A stretch of DNA of 64,000 nt from an uncultured bacterium (GCA_903837175.1 CAILTR010000055.1:819-64818); one strand, 5' to 3'; counted from the first letter of the stretch, positions 27,069 to 35,009 are shown. Numbers and translations are program-made. The notes: generated by a model not told the origin, from the sequence alone.

Positions 27069-27137
27069 ACGGTTGCTTTTTTCAGGAAAATTAGCTAAAA
27101 TTAGGGGTGTAATCTAATTATTTTTTCGTTTAAAAGT

Positions 27138-28076
27138 ATGAATGAAAATCCTTTTATGTCAGTAGTTGTGCCTTTGTATGATGAGGAAGGTAATGTAAAG
27201 GAACTACATCGTCGCATTTTAGAGGCTTGTCAGGAAATTGGAAAGCCTTTCGAAATTATTTTCGTTGATGATGGTTCTAAGGATAAAACCGTTGAAAACT
27301 GCAAAGGTCTTTCGCCGCTTACGCTGATTAAATTTCGCAAGAATTTTGGCCAAACCGCTTCTTTCGACGCCGGGATTAAACAAGCCAAAGGTGAAATTAT
27401 TGTGATGATGGATGGGGATTTACAAAATGATCCTGCCGATATTAAGCTATTACTGGCTAAAATCGAAGAAGGTTTTGACGTGGTGGCTGGTTGGCGTTGG
27501 AAGCGAAAAGATAGCCTAAGTAAAAAAATCTTTTCCCGTACAGCTAATCTTTTGCGCAAGATTTTAATTCAAGACAAAATTCACGATAGTGGTTGTTCGC
27601 TAAAAGCCTATAAGCGAAGTTGTTTTGAAGACATGGATCTTTTTGGCGAAATGCATCGTTTTATCCCAGCACTTTTGGAGTTACAAGGTTATAGCGTTGG
27701 GGAAGTTAAGGTTAGCCACCATCCTCGAACTTCTGGGGTGACAAAATATAATTGGAAGCGCGCGATGAAGGGTTTTGTGGATATGCTTTCAATTTGGTTT
27801 TGGCGAAAATATTCGAACCGACCACTCCACCTTTTCGGGGGAACTGGCATTATTTTCTCAATTATCGGTTTTGGAATTTTGGCTTGGATGGCAATTGAAA
27901 AGATCTTTTTTGGAGCTAAGCTTATGAATACTAACTGGCCACTGATTGGAATTTTCTTCGTTTTAGTCGGCATCCAGCTTTTTATCTTTGGCCTGCTAGC
28001 TGATATCTTGCTTAAGGTTTACTATAGAAATCAAAAGCGGATGAATTATAATATTAAAGAGGTGGTTAAGGTCTAG
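27138..28076 (+). CDS. Second GtrB/ArnC-like GT2 with C-terminal TM helices.
   Basis: 'VVVPLYDEEGNV', 'FVDDGSKDKT', 'DGDLQNDP' and two C-terminal TM helices. Confidence 0.8.
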   Translation: MNENPFMSVVVPLYDEEGNVKELHRRILEACQEIGKPFEIIFVDDGSKDKTVENCKGLSPLTLIKFRKNFGQTASFDAGIKQAKGEIIVMMDGDLQNDPADIKLLLAKIEEGFDVVAGWRWKRKDSLSKKIFSRTANLLRKILIQDKIHDSGCSLKAYKRSCFEDMDLFGEMHRFIPALLELQGYSVGEVKVSHHPRTSGVTKYNWKRAMKGFVDMLSIWFWRKYSNRPLHLFGGTGIIFSIIGFGILAWMAIEKIFFGAKLMNTNWPLIGIFFVLVGIQLFIFGLLADILLKVYYRNQKRMNYNIKEVVKV

Positions 28077-28078
28077 AA

Positions 28079-28113
28079 CATAGAACATATAACATATAAC
28101 ATGTAACAGGGGA
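28079..28113 (+). repeat. Tandem heptamers AGAACAT AGAACAT ATAACAT ATAACAT GTAACAG.
   Basis: Same family as 24603-24640. Confidence 0.6.
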
Positions 28114-28255
28114 TAATATAAAGTAAGTAAATATAAAAAATAATAAATTTATCGGAGGAGCTTGGTAAGATGCCTTGGTTGAAAATCAATCGCATTAACA
28201 ATGAATGTGGAAATTTTTTGTTCCATGTTATGTGTTCTATGCTCCATATAATAAT

Positions 28256-29581
28256 ATGAAAATTGGCGTTATTGGCACTGGCTATGTGGGGTCTGTGACG
28301 GGGGCGTGTTTTGCAGAGATGGGCAATACGGTTATTTGCGTCGATAAAGATAAACATAAAATTGCCCAATTCGAATCCGGCAAAGCGCCACTGCACGAAA
28401 AAGGTTTAGACGAATTGGTCCTGCGAAATCTAAAAAATAAAACGCTGACCTTTACGACTGATTTTGAAGATGCAGTTAAAAAAAGTGATATTCTTTTTAT
28501 CGCAGTTGGAACGCCGCCTAATGAAGATGGAAGCGCTGATCTAAGTCACGTCTTAGGCGTAGCAACTTCAATCGGAAAGTCGTTGGATCATGAAATTATT
28601 GTCGTCGATAAATCAACGGTACCAGTTGGGACGGCGGAAAAAGTTCGTCAGCATATTGCTCAGGAACTTCAAAGTCGGGGAGTTGAAATTCCTTTTCACG
28701 TCGTTAGTAATCCAGAGTTTTTAGCTCAAGGCACAGCGGTAAAAGATTTCCTAGAGCCCAGTCGGATTGTAATCGGAGCCGATGAACCAAAAGTTATTGA
28801 GACGATGCGAGAACTTTATGAACCCTTTATGCGACGCGAGGGCAGGTTTTTTGCGATGGACCCCAAAACGGCTGAAATTGTCAAATATGCTTCAAATTGT
28901 TTTTTAGCTGCTAAAATTTCAGTCAATAATGAGCTAGCCAACATTTGCTCTAAAGCTGGCGCTGATTTTGATCATGTGCGTAAGGCGATGGGCGCTGATC
29001 CGCGGATTGGAGAACCTTTTATGTATGCAGGTCCAGGGTTTGGCGGCTCTTGTTTTCCGAAGGATGTCAAAGCTCTAGTAAGGACCGCTAAGGATTTTGG
29101 CTATGATGCTCAAATGCTCCGCCAAACTTTGGAAACTAATGAGCAGCAGAAATTTGTTTTATCGCAAATGGTGGTTGATAAATTGGGGCAGGATTTGAGT
29201 GGAAAAGTTTTTGGCGTGTGGGGCCTGGCTTTTAAGGCTGGCACGGATGATATGCGCGAATCTTCTGCGATTACAATCTTGAATGAATTGATTGCTAGAG
29301 GTGCAAAAATTCAAGCGCACGATCCAGAGTCAATGAAAATGGCAGCCACGCCGGAATATTTTGGAGCTAATCCAAGTATCACCTATTTTGAAAATAAATA
29401 TGAAGCTTTAAGGGATACTGATGCAATGCTAATTATTACGGAATGGAAAGAATTCCGCACGCCTGATTTTACGGAAATTAAGAAACTCCTAAAAACTCCG
29501 CTAATCTTCGATGGTCGTCTTTTATACGAACCAAAGAAAATGCAAGAATTCGATTTTGATTATAATTCGATCGGAAGATAA
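28256..29581 (+). CDS. ugd: UDP-glucose 6-dehydrogenase.
   Basis: 'MKIGVIGTGYVGSV' and 'GFGGSCFPKDV'. Confidence 0.9.
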   Translation: MKIGVIGTGYVGSVTGACFAEMGNTVICVDKDKHKIAQFESGKAPLHEKGLDELVLRNLKNKTLTFTTDFEDAVKKSDILFIAVGTPPNEDGSADLSHVLGVATSIGKSLDHEIIVVDKSTVPVGTAEKVRQHIAQELQSRGVEIPFHVVSNPEFLAQGTAVKDFLEPSRIVIGADEPKVIETMRELYEPFMRREGRFFAMDPKTAEIVKYASNCFLAAKISVNNELANICSKAGADFDHVRKAMGADPRIGEPFMYAGPGFGGSCFPKDVKALVRTAKDFGYDAQMLRQTLETNEQQKFVLSQMVVDKLGQDLSGKVFGVWGLAFKAGTDDMRESSAITILNELIARGAKIQAHDPESMKMAATPEYFGANPSITYFENKYEALRDTDAMLIITEWKEFRTPDFTEIKKLLKTPLIFDGRLLYEPKKMQEFDFDYNSIGR

Positions 29582-29587
29582 AATAGT

Positions 29588-29660
29588 TCATAAGGTTATA
29601 AAGTTCATAAAGTTCATAAGGCTTTGAACTCATAAGGTTTTTAGATTTATAAAGCTGTGA
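29588..29660 (+). repeat. Array of 8-9-nt units (GTTCATAAG / GTTATAAAG / GTTCATAAA ...).
   Basis: Direct reading. An inverted array sits at 30084-30125. Confidence 0.6.
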
Positions 29661-29708
29661 GGCTATAGAGTCTTCAGAATTGTAAATTTTGAACAGGAAA
29701 ATAAAAAA

Positions 29709-30059
29709 ATGGCAAAATTTGAGAGCTTTGAAGATATGCTTGTTTGGCAAAAATCAAGAATTCTTGTTTTGGACAGCTATAAAGCATTTAATAATAGTAG
29801 AGACTTTTCTTTCAGGGATCAAATTTGTAGGGCTGCGGTTTCAGTCATGAACAATATAGCTGAAGGATATGAGAGAAAGGGAAATAAGGAATTTGTGAAA
29901 TTTTTGTATATAGCAAAGGGTTCTTGCGCCGAAGTTAGATCGATGCTTTATTTGGCGGTCGATTTGAAGTATATAGATAAGACTGAATTCGAAAAGACAT
30001 ATAATCAGACTCTTGAAATTTCAAAAATGTTATCGAGCTTAATAAAAAAGATTTGTTAG
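29709..30059 (+). CDS. Four-helix-bundle protein (23S rRNA IVS protein family), intact.
   Basis: 'FEDMLVWQKSRILVLDSY...AAVSVMNNIAEGYERKGNKEFVKFLYIAKGSCAEVRSMLYLAVDL' matches the canonical family pattern. Confidence 0.8.
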   Translation: MAKFESFEDMLVWQKSRILVLDSYKAFNNSRDFSFRDQICRAAVSVMNNIAEGYERKGNKEFVKFLYIAKGSCAEVRSMLYLAVDLKYIDKTEFEKTYNQTLEISKMLSSLIKKIC

Positions 30060-30083
30060 AGATACTCAGAATTTGTATTCAAT

Positions 30084-30125
30084 AAGACTTTAAAAACTTT
30101 ACAAACTTTAAGAACTTTATAACTA
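30084..30125 (+). repeat. Array (AACTTTAAA AACTTTACA AACTTTAAG AACTTTATA). It is the inverted counterpart of the array at 29588-29660.
   Basis: Direct reading. Confidence 0.6.
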
Positions 30126-30127
30126 CT

Positions 30128-31300
30128 ATGAGAATACTTTTTTTTAATTATGAGTTTCCGCCGTTGGGTGGGGGAGCTGGCAATGCCTCCTCTTATTTAC
30201 TGAGAGAATACGCTAAGATGCCTGGGGTGGAAGTTGATTTTGTGACGGCGTCCTTTGATGAAAAATTCCACTGTGAAAATTTTGGAGGAAGTGTTGTTGT
30301 GCATCGTCTGCCGATTGGCAAGAACCAGGAGAATATTCATTTCCAAACGAAAAAGGAAATGCTGAAGTATAGTTGGGAATCCTATAAATATGGTCGAAAA
30401 TTAGCAAAAGAAAGAAAATACGACTTGACCCACTCTTTTTTCTCAGTGCCTTGTGGGTTTATCTCCTTATTGCTTCGTTGGGAATTTAAGCTTCCGTACA
30501 TTATTTCTTTGCGGGGTAGCGACGTTCCAGGTTATAGTGAGCGCTTTGGTTTGCTGTATAAATTCATTACCCCAATTATTAAATTGATTTGGCGACAAGC
30601 TTATTTTGTAATTGCTAATAGTGATGGACTTAAACAGCTAGCCCTACAGTCAGCGCCTCAAAAAGAAATTGGAGTGATTCTTAACGGAATAGATATTGAA
30701 GAATTTTTTCCTGACCATAGCAAAGTTAATCCAGATCAATTTCAGATCGTCTGCATTTCTCGGGTTACGCCACGTAAAGGCATTCGTTTTTTAGTGCAAG
30801 CGTTTAAAATTCTAGCGAGTCGCTATGCTCAAGTTAGAATGCTTATTGCTGGCGAAGGAAACGAATTAAAATCGCTTCAGCAACTAGTCCAAGGACTGGG
30901 GCTAGAGGATAAAGTTGTTTTCCTGGGCGCTGTTCCGCACGCTAAAGTACGGGAGTATTACCAAAAGGCTAACGTTTTTGTATTGCCTTCTTTAAACGAA
31001 GGGATGAGTAATACAATGCTGGAAGCGCTGGCTTGTGGACTGCCAATTGTCGCAACTGATACGGGCGGGACTAAGGAAATGGTAAGGGATGGTCAAAATG
31101 GCTTAATCGTAAAAATGAAAGATTCGAATGATTTGGTCGAAAAAATTGAAAAAATTATGCTTGATCGCGAGCTGGAAAAAGGGATGGGCGTCGCTAGCCG
31201 GCTAATGGCGGAGGAACTTAGTTGGGGGAAGGTTGCCGGTCAATATTTGGATTTATATGAAAAGACGATCAATTTAAGGAAAATTCGTGAAGGAAAATAG
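30128..31300 (+). CDS. Glycosyltransferase family 4.
   Basis: GT-B with the 'EGMSNTMLEALACGLPIVATDTGG' E-x7-E motif. Confidence 0.85.
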   Translation: MRILFFNYEFPPLGGGAGNASSYLLREYAKMPGVEVDFVTASFDEKFHCENFGGSVVVHRLPIGKNQENIHFQTKKEMLKYSWESYKYGRKLAKERKYDLTHSFFSVPCGFISLLLRWEFKLPYIISLRGSDVPGYSERFGLLYKFITPIIKLIWRQAYFVIANSDGLKQLALQSAPQKEIGVILNGIDIEEFFPDHSKVNPDQFQIVCISRVTPRKGIRFLVQAFKILASRYAQVRMLIAGEGNELKSLQQLVQGLGLEDKVVFLGAVPHAKVREYYQKANVFVLPSLNEGMSNTMLEALACGLPIVATDTGGTKEMVRDGQNGLIVKMKDSNDLVEKIEKIMLDRELEKGMGVASRLMAEELSWGKVAGQYLDLYEKTINLRKIREGK

Positions 31301-31359
31301 GCTAAAAGAATTCCTAATTCCTAATGTCTAATACCAAATTGATTTAACACAAGCTATGT

Positions 31360-31426
31360 CATTCCCGTGAAAACAGCCTGCCTACCTGCCCGAAGTGCTA
31401 CATTGTTGCAGGCGGGCGCGGGAATG
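31360..31426 (+). repeat. GC-rich (~60% GC) imperfect palindromic element in the AT-rich intergenic DNA.
   Basis: 'gtcattcccg' ... 'cgggaatggc' encloses 'cctgc...gcagg'. The direct repeat 'tgcaatgtgcgg' / 'tgcaaaatgcgg' follows. Confidence 0.4.
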
Positions 31427-31476
31427 GCAAGGTGTGCAATGTGCGGAGGGGGATGCAAAATGCGGAATACAAAAAT

Positions 31477-32421
31477 ATGATGATTTTTTCTAAAAATAAA
31501 ATTTTTAAGTTTTTACTGAAATTGACGGTGAGTCTTTTTTTTATTGTTTGGTTGGTGCTGAAAATAAAGTGGGGAGAGGTTTTAAATCATGCTTTGCAAA
31601 TTTCTTGGTGGCAAATAGTTTTATATGTAGCGGTGCTACTTTTAGGGATGGTAATCTCAGCCTATAAATGGGAAATGCTTGCCCGAGCCAAGGGCTTTAA
31701 TTTTCCGCTGAAAAAATATTTTCAACTATATTTAACCGGCACATTTTTAAATAACTTTTTCCCTTCTTTTATCGGGGGCGATACTTATCGGGCTTATCAA
31801 ATTGGCAAACCAGAACGAAAATATATCGCAGCAACCTCGACAGTCGTGATGGACCGCGTAACGGGCTTATTGGGTGCGATGATTTTATCGGTTTTTTTCG
31901 CGGTCTTAAATTGGCGCGTCGTAATAGAACATCGTCCACTGCTCCTTATCGCGGGGATTGCCTTGGCAGTTTTACTAGGCGTGCTAGCCACGAGCTTGGT
32001 GGTTAATCTGCCCTTCTGGAAATTGCTAGCTAAATTTACGCCGAAAAAGATTTTAGAAGTGATTAAAGATTTTGGACAATATCAGGGAAGTGTTGCCTTA
32101 AAAAAAGCTTTATGGCTCTCGGTCGGCTATGGGCTAGTTGGGCTGGCCTTAGTTAACTATGTGCTTTTTTCAGCGCTGGGTATTCAGCTAGGTTTGCTAA
32201 ATTATTTAACGGTTATCTTTTTAGTTAGTATTGTTTCTTCTATTCCAGTTAGCGTCAATAATATCGGAATTAAGGAATGGGCGTACGTAACCTTCTTTGG
32301 CTTTTTCGGAGTCAGCGCTTCGGCCGTCGTGACTATCGCAATTATCAGCCGAGTCCTCCAGATGTTAGTCAGTTTTGTAGCTTTGCCGATGTATTTAAAA
32401 AGCAAGGCAGAAAAAAATTAG
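31477..32421 (+). CDS. Flippase-like / lysylphosphatidylglycerol-synthase-TM-region family membrane protein (UPF0104).
   Basis: Eight TM helices and 'FFPSFIGGDTYRAYQ'. This family commonly partners with GT2 in glycosylation loci. Confidence 0.55.
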   Translation: MMIFSKNKIFKFLLKLTVSLFFIVWLVLKIKWGEVLNHALQISWWQIVLYVAVLLLGMVISAYKWEMLARAKGFNFPLKKYFQLYLTGTFLNNFFPSFIGGDTYRAYQIGKPERKYIAATSTVVMDRVTGLLGAMILSVFFAVLNWRVVIEHRPLLLIAGIALAVLLGVLATSLVVNLPFWKLLAKFTPKKILEVIKDFGQYQGSVALKKALWLSVGYGLVGLALVNYVLFSALGIQLGLLNYLTVIFLVSIVSSIPVSVNNIGIKEWAYVTFFGFFGVSASAVVTIAIISRVLQMLVSFVALPMYLKSKAEKN

Positions 32422-32600
32422 ATTTGATTTATTTAAATTAGAATAAAAAATAAAGGTTGTTAGTTAATAATTTTATCTTGCATGAAAGGAAAAGAGGACA
32501 TTTATTAACGAGATGTTCTTTTTGCTTTTTGTGCTAAGTTATGAGAATAGGTGTTATTCCGTTTTGGCATATTACAAGTTGGAATATATTATGAAAATAT

Positions 32601-32822
32601 ATGAGAAATGAAATTTATTCAAATGGTCATAGGTTTTTAACGCAACAGTTAAAGAAGGCACGAGAAAATTCTGGCTTTAGTCAGAAAGATGTTGCTGAGC
32701 TTTTAACTAAAACTCAATCTTATGTTTCCAAGATTGAGGCGGGGCAACGTCGTATCGATGTAATTCAATTACAAGAATTTGCAAAAATTTATAGAAAGAA
32801 GATTAATTTTTTTATTAAGTAA
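32601..32822 (+). CDS. XRE-family HTH protein. It is a controller (C)-like regulator of the R-M cassette.
   Basis: 'GFSQKDVAELLTKTQSYVSKIEAGQRRIDVIQLQEFAKIY'. It is 73 aa and sits immediately upstream of the small nuclease candidate. Confidence 0.65.
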   Translation: MRNEIYSNGHRFLTQQLKKARENSGFSQKDVAELLTKTQSYVSKIEAGQRRIDVIQLQEFAKIYRKKINFFIK

Positions 32823-32826
32823 ATTT

Positions 32827-33273
32827 ATGTGGGCAAAAAATCTAACTAAGATTAATGATGGAATTTTTAGGACTATTAATGGTAATTCCGATGAAATGAT
32901 AGGCGTCGGAAGGTGCATGAAGGCAGGTTTTCCATGTTCTCGGGCAGATGTAACTAACGGGAGATATGATGCCATTATTGATGTGGGTAATAACAAGTTA
33001 CTAAGAGTTCAAATAAAAGGAACATCTGGTGGAAGCGTTAGTTTTACGGGTGGAGGAAGAAGTGGAAAGCAAATCAGTAGAACAGTTAAACAACGGACAT
33101 ATCGATATTCTCCGGATGATTGTGATTTAATTCTGGTCGTAGATGGAAGAAGTGGGGAATGTTATATTATTCCAATTGAAGATATTCAACAAATGAGTAA
33201 TTCAAAGTCACTCGATAAACTGAGTAAATATAAAGAAAATTGGGATATTCTGAAAACGATGGCAGGAATCTAA
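32827..33273 (+). CDS. Candidate small restriction endonuclease (PD-(D/E)xK-like). Alternatively, a toxin partner of the XRE protein.
   Basis: 148 aa, translationally coupled to the XRE gene. The possible motif is 'YDAIIDV...LLRVQIKG' (D...QxK). It converges on, and overlaps by 4 nt, the methyltransferase gene. Confidence 0.35.
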   Translation: MWAKNLTKINDGIFRTINGNSDEMIGVGRCMKAGFPCSRADVTNGRYDAIIDVGNNKLLRVQIKGTSGGSVSFTGGGRSGKQISRTVKQRTYRYSPDDCDLILVVDGRSGECYIIPIEDIQQMSNSKSLDKLSKYKENWDILKTMAGI

Positions 33274-34835
33274 TTTAGAGCTTTTTTTATTTCTCTTGCA
33301 ACTGCCTCTAGAACAGTTACGGTTACGGAGTTTCCAGCTTGCTTGTAAAGCGCGGAGTCAGCTAAATTTGGAAGCTCAAAATCTCTCGGGAAACCTTGTA
33401 GCCTGAAACATTCAATCGGCGTTAGTTTTCTGATCCCATGCCTATCTTTTATAATTGGAACATTATGTCCTCCCATCCCCATGTTGGCAGTGAGCGTTGG
33501 GCAGACACCTTTTTTATTTTCTCTAACATATTGTCTTCGCCATTGGTAAACCTTACCTTCTTGCGTAACAAAATCTTTAAGTTTTTCGAAAAGAGGCTTA
33601 CCATTATAATAATATTTTTCAGGCACTTTTTGCTCAAGTAGATCAGTAACTTTTATTGATAATTTTTGTGGTTCGGGAAACTTAAATTTGTCTGTGTAAT
33701 TTTTATTTTTAAATCCTATGATATATATCCTTTCGCGATTTTGAGGAATATTTCCATACTCCATACTATTTAAAACCTTAGTTTTTACATGATAACCCAA
33801 GTCTTCCAGGGTTTTGATAATTATTTTAAAAGTTTTTCCTCCGTCATGTCCTTTTAGGTTTTTTACATTTTCCAGTAGAAACCCTGCCGGATTGCGAGCT
33901 TCTAGAATTCTAGCAACATCGAAAAATAAATTACCGCGGTCTTTTTCATCATTAAACCCCTTGCGGTATCCAGCTATAGAGAAAGCTTGGCAGGGAAATC
34001 CTCCCAAGAGAAAGTCGAATTCCGGAAGATCTTCAATGCCAATTTTGCGGATATCCTCTACGACAAGTTTTGATTTTTTGAAATTTAAATCGTAAGTAGT
34101 CTTACAATTTTTTTCAAAGTCATTCGCAAAGACAGTTTCAAAGCCAGCTTTTTCAAAACCAAGTCTAATACCCCCGACGCCAGCAAATAAGTCCAGGGTT
34201 CGGAAAAGTTTTTGATCTGTTTTGCTGCTGTTTTCAAGATTTCTTTTTATCTCAACAACTACGCCTCTAATTTCAACCTCCTTTCTATAAATGGGAAGCA
34301 TTGTTTGGTTAGCTGGTTGCAATCTAAATCGATTTTTTTCTCGATAAATCTTTTTTAGAGTAGCTTCATTATCATCAATTATCGCAACGACAGTTTGTCC
34401 ATTTTCGGCGACGGATTGTTTTTTAATAACGACAATGTCACCATCAAAGATTCCTTCATCAATCATGCTATTTCCCTGAACTTGTAGTGCATAATAATTG
34501 CCAGCTTTATTTACGGCGCTTGTCGCAATCATCACAGTTTCTCCTCTAGTTTCGATAGCTTCAATGGGTTGCCCAGCGGCGATGGTTCCGATTAACGGTA
34601 TCTTAATGAGATTGTAGGGGTTCCTTTTTTTAAGTTCGATACCTCTAGCAGAACTGCCATTTTTTTCTATAAATCCTTTTTTTTCTAAAGTTTCAATATG
34701 TTGATGCACGGTTGAAATAGCAGAAAGTTTGAAATGTTTTCTGATTTCTTCAATAGTTGGAGAAAAAGTTTTTTTATTAATAAACAAGGTTATAAAATCT
34801 AGGATTTGTTTTTGTTTTTTTGTTAGGGTTGGCAT
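33270..34835 (-). CDS. LexA repressor (wHTH plus S24 peptidase) fused in-frame to a C5 cytosine-specific DNA methyltransferase.
   Basis: The N-terminal ~205 aa align along LexA: 'LTKKQKQILDFI', 'SSARGIEL', the 'IAAGQP' Ala-Gly cleavage site, the nucleophile Ser in 'VQGNSM', the general-base Lys in 'VVIKKQ', and 'VVAIIDD'. The C-terminal ~315 aa carry Dcm motifs I 'DLFAGVGG', IV 'GGFPCQAFSIAG' and 'ENVKNL'. There is no stop or start between the two parts. Confidence 0.8.
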   Translation of the reverse strand: MPTLTKKQKQILDFITLFINKKTFSPTIEEIRKHFKLSAISTVHQHIETLEKKGFIEKNGSSARGIELKKRNPYNLIKIPLIGTIAAGQPIEAIETRGETVMIATSAVNKAGNYYALQVQGNSMIDEGIFDGDIVVIKKQSVAENGQTVVAIIDDNEATLKKIYREKNRFRLQPANQTMLPIYRKEVEIRGVVVEIKRNLENSSKTDQKLFRTLDLFAGVGGIRLGFEKAGFETVFANDFEKNCKTTYDLNFKKSKLVVEDIRKIGIEDLPEFDFLLGGFPCQAFSIAGYRKGFNDEKDRGNLFFDVARILEARNPAGFLLENVKNLKGHDGGKTFKIIIKTLEDLGYHVKTKVLNSMEYGNIPQNRERIYIIGFKNKNYTDKFKFPEPQKLSIKVTDLLEQKVPEKYYYNGKPLFEKLKDFVTQEGKVYQWRRQYVRENKKGVCPTLTANMGMGGHNVPIIKDRHGIRKLTPIECFRLQGFPRDFELPNLADSALYKQAGNSVTVTVLEAVAREIKKALN

Positions 34836-34989
34836 AAGCTTTATTTGATATAAGTTTGTTAATATTTATATTATATACCGAAAATTTACCGAAGTGCAAA
34901 CAACTATTTTTAAAACTTAAAATAGCCTATAAGAAAGCCAAAAAATGCTTTAATTGAAAAATTACTTTTTCTGAAATTTTAATTAGCGA

Positions 34990-35009
34990 GCAGAATAATT
35001 GAGTTCTGC
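34990..35009 (+). promoter_or_regulatory. Palindrome GCAGAA-N8-TTCTGC in the divergent promoter region. It is a candidate operator.
   Basis: 'gcagaataattgagttctgc' lies 155 nt upstream of the lexA-methylase start and 77 nt upstream of the GT-C gene. Confidence 0.3.

Noticed and set aside
24603-28113. GAACAT-containing heptamer arrays as Cheo-type LexA boxes (GAAC-N4-GTTC) linked to the LexA fusion.
   Set aside because: The arrays are direct repeats of GAACAT without the inverted GTTC half. No true Cheo palindrome was found. It is mentioned only as a rejected idea.
28073-28396. 107-aa minus-strand ORF overlapping the ugd start region, and other short ORFs in the track (27230-27559-, 27689-27973-, 33438-33641+, 35525-35761-, 45293-45634+, 48831-49025+, 53251-53589+).
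   Set aside because: All overlap confidently called genes on the opposite strand or in another frame and lack any recognisable features.
33270-34835. Alternative reading of the LexA-methylase ORF as two adjacent genes (lexA, then dcm).
   Set aside because: The frame is continuous with no stop. There is no Met or alternative start codon in the ~40 residues preceding methylase motif I. The linker length matches a domain fusion. Only raw-read verification can fully exclude an assembly artefact.
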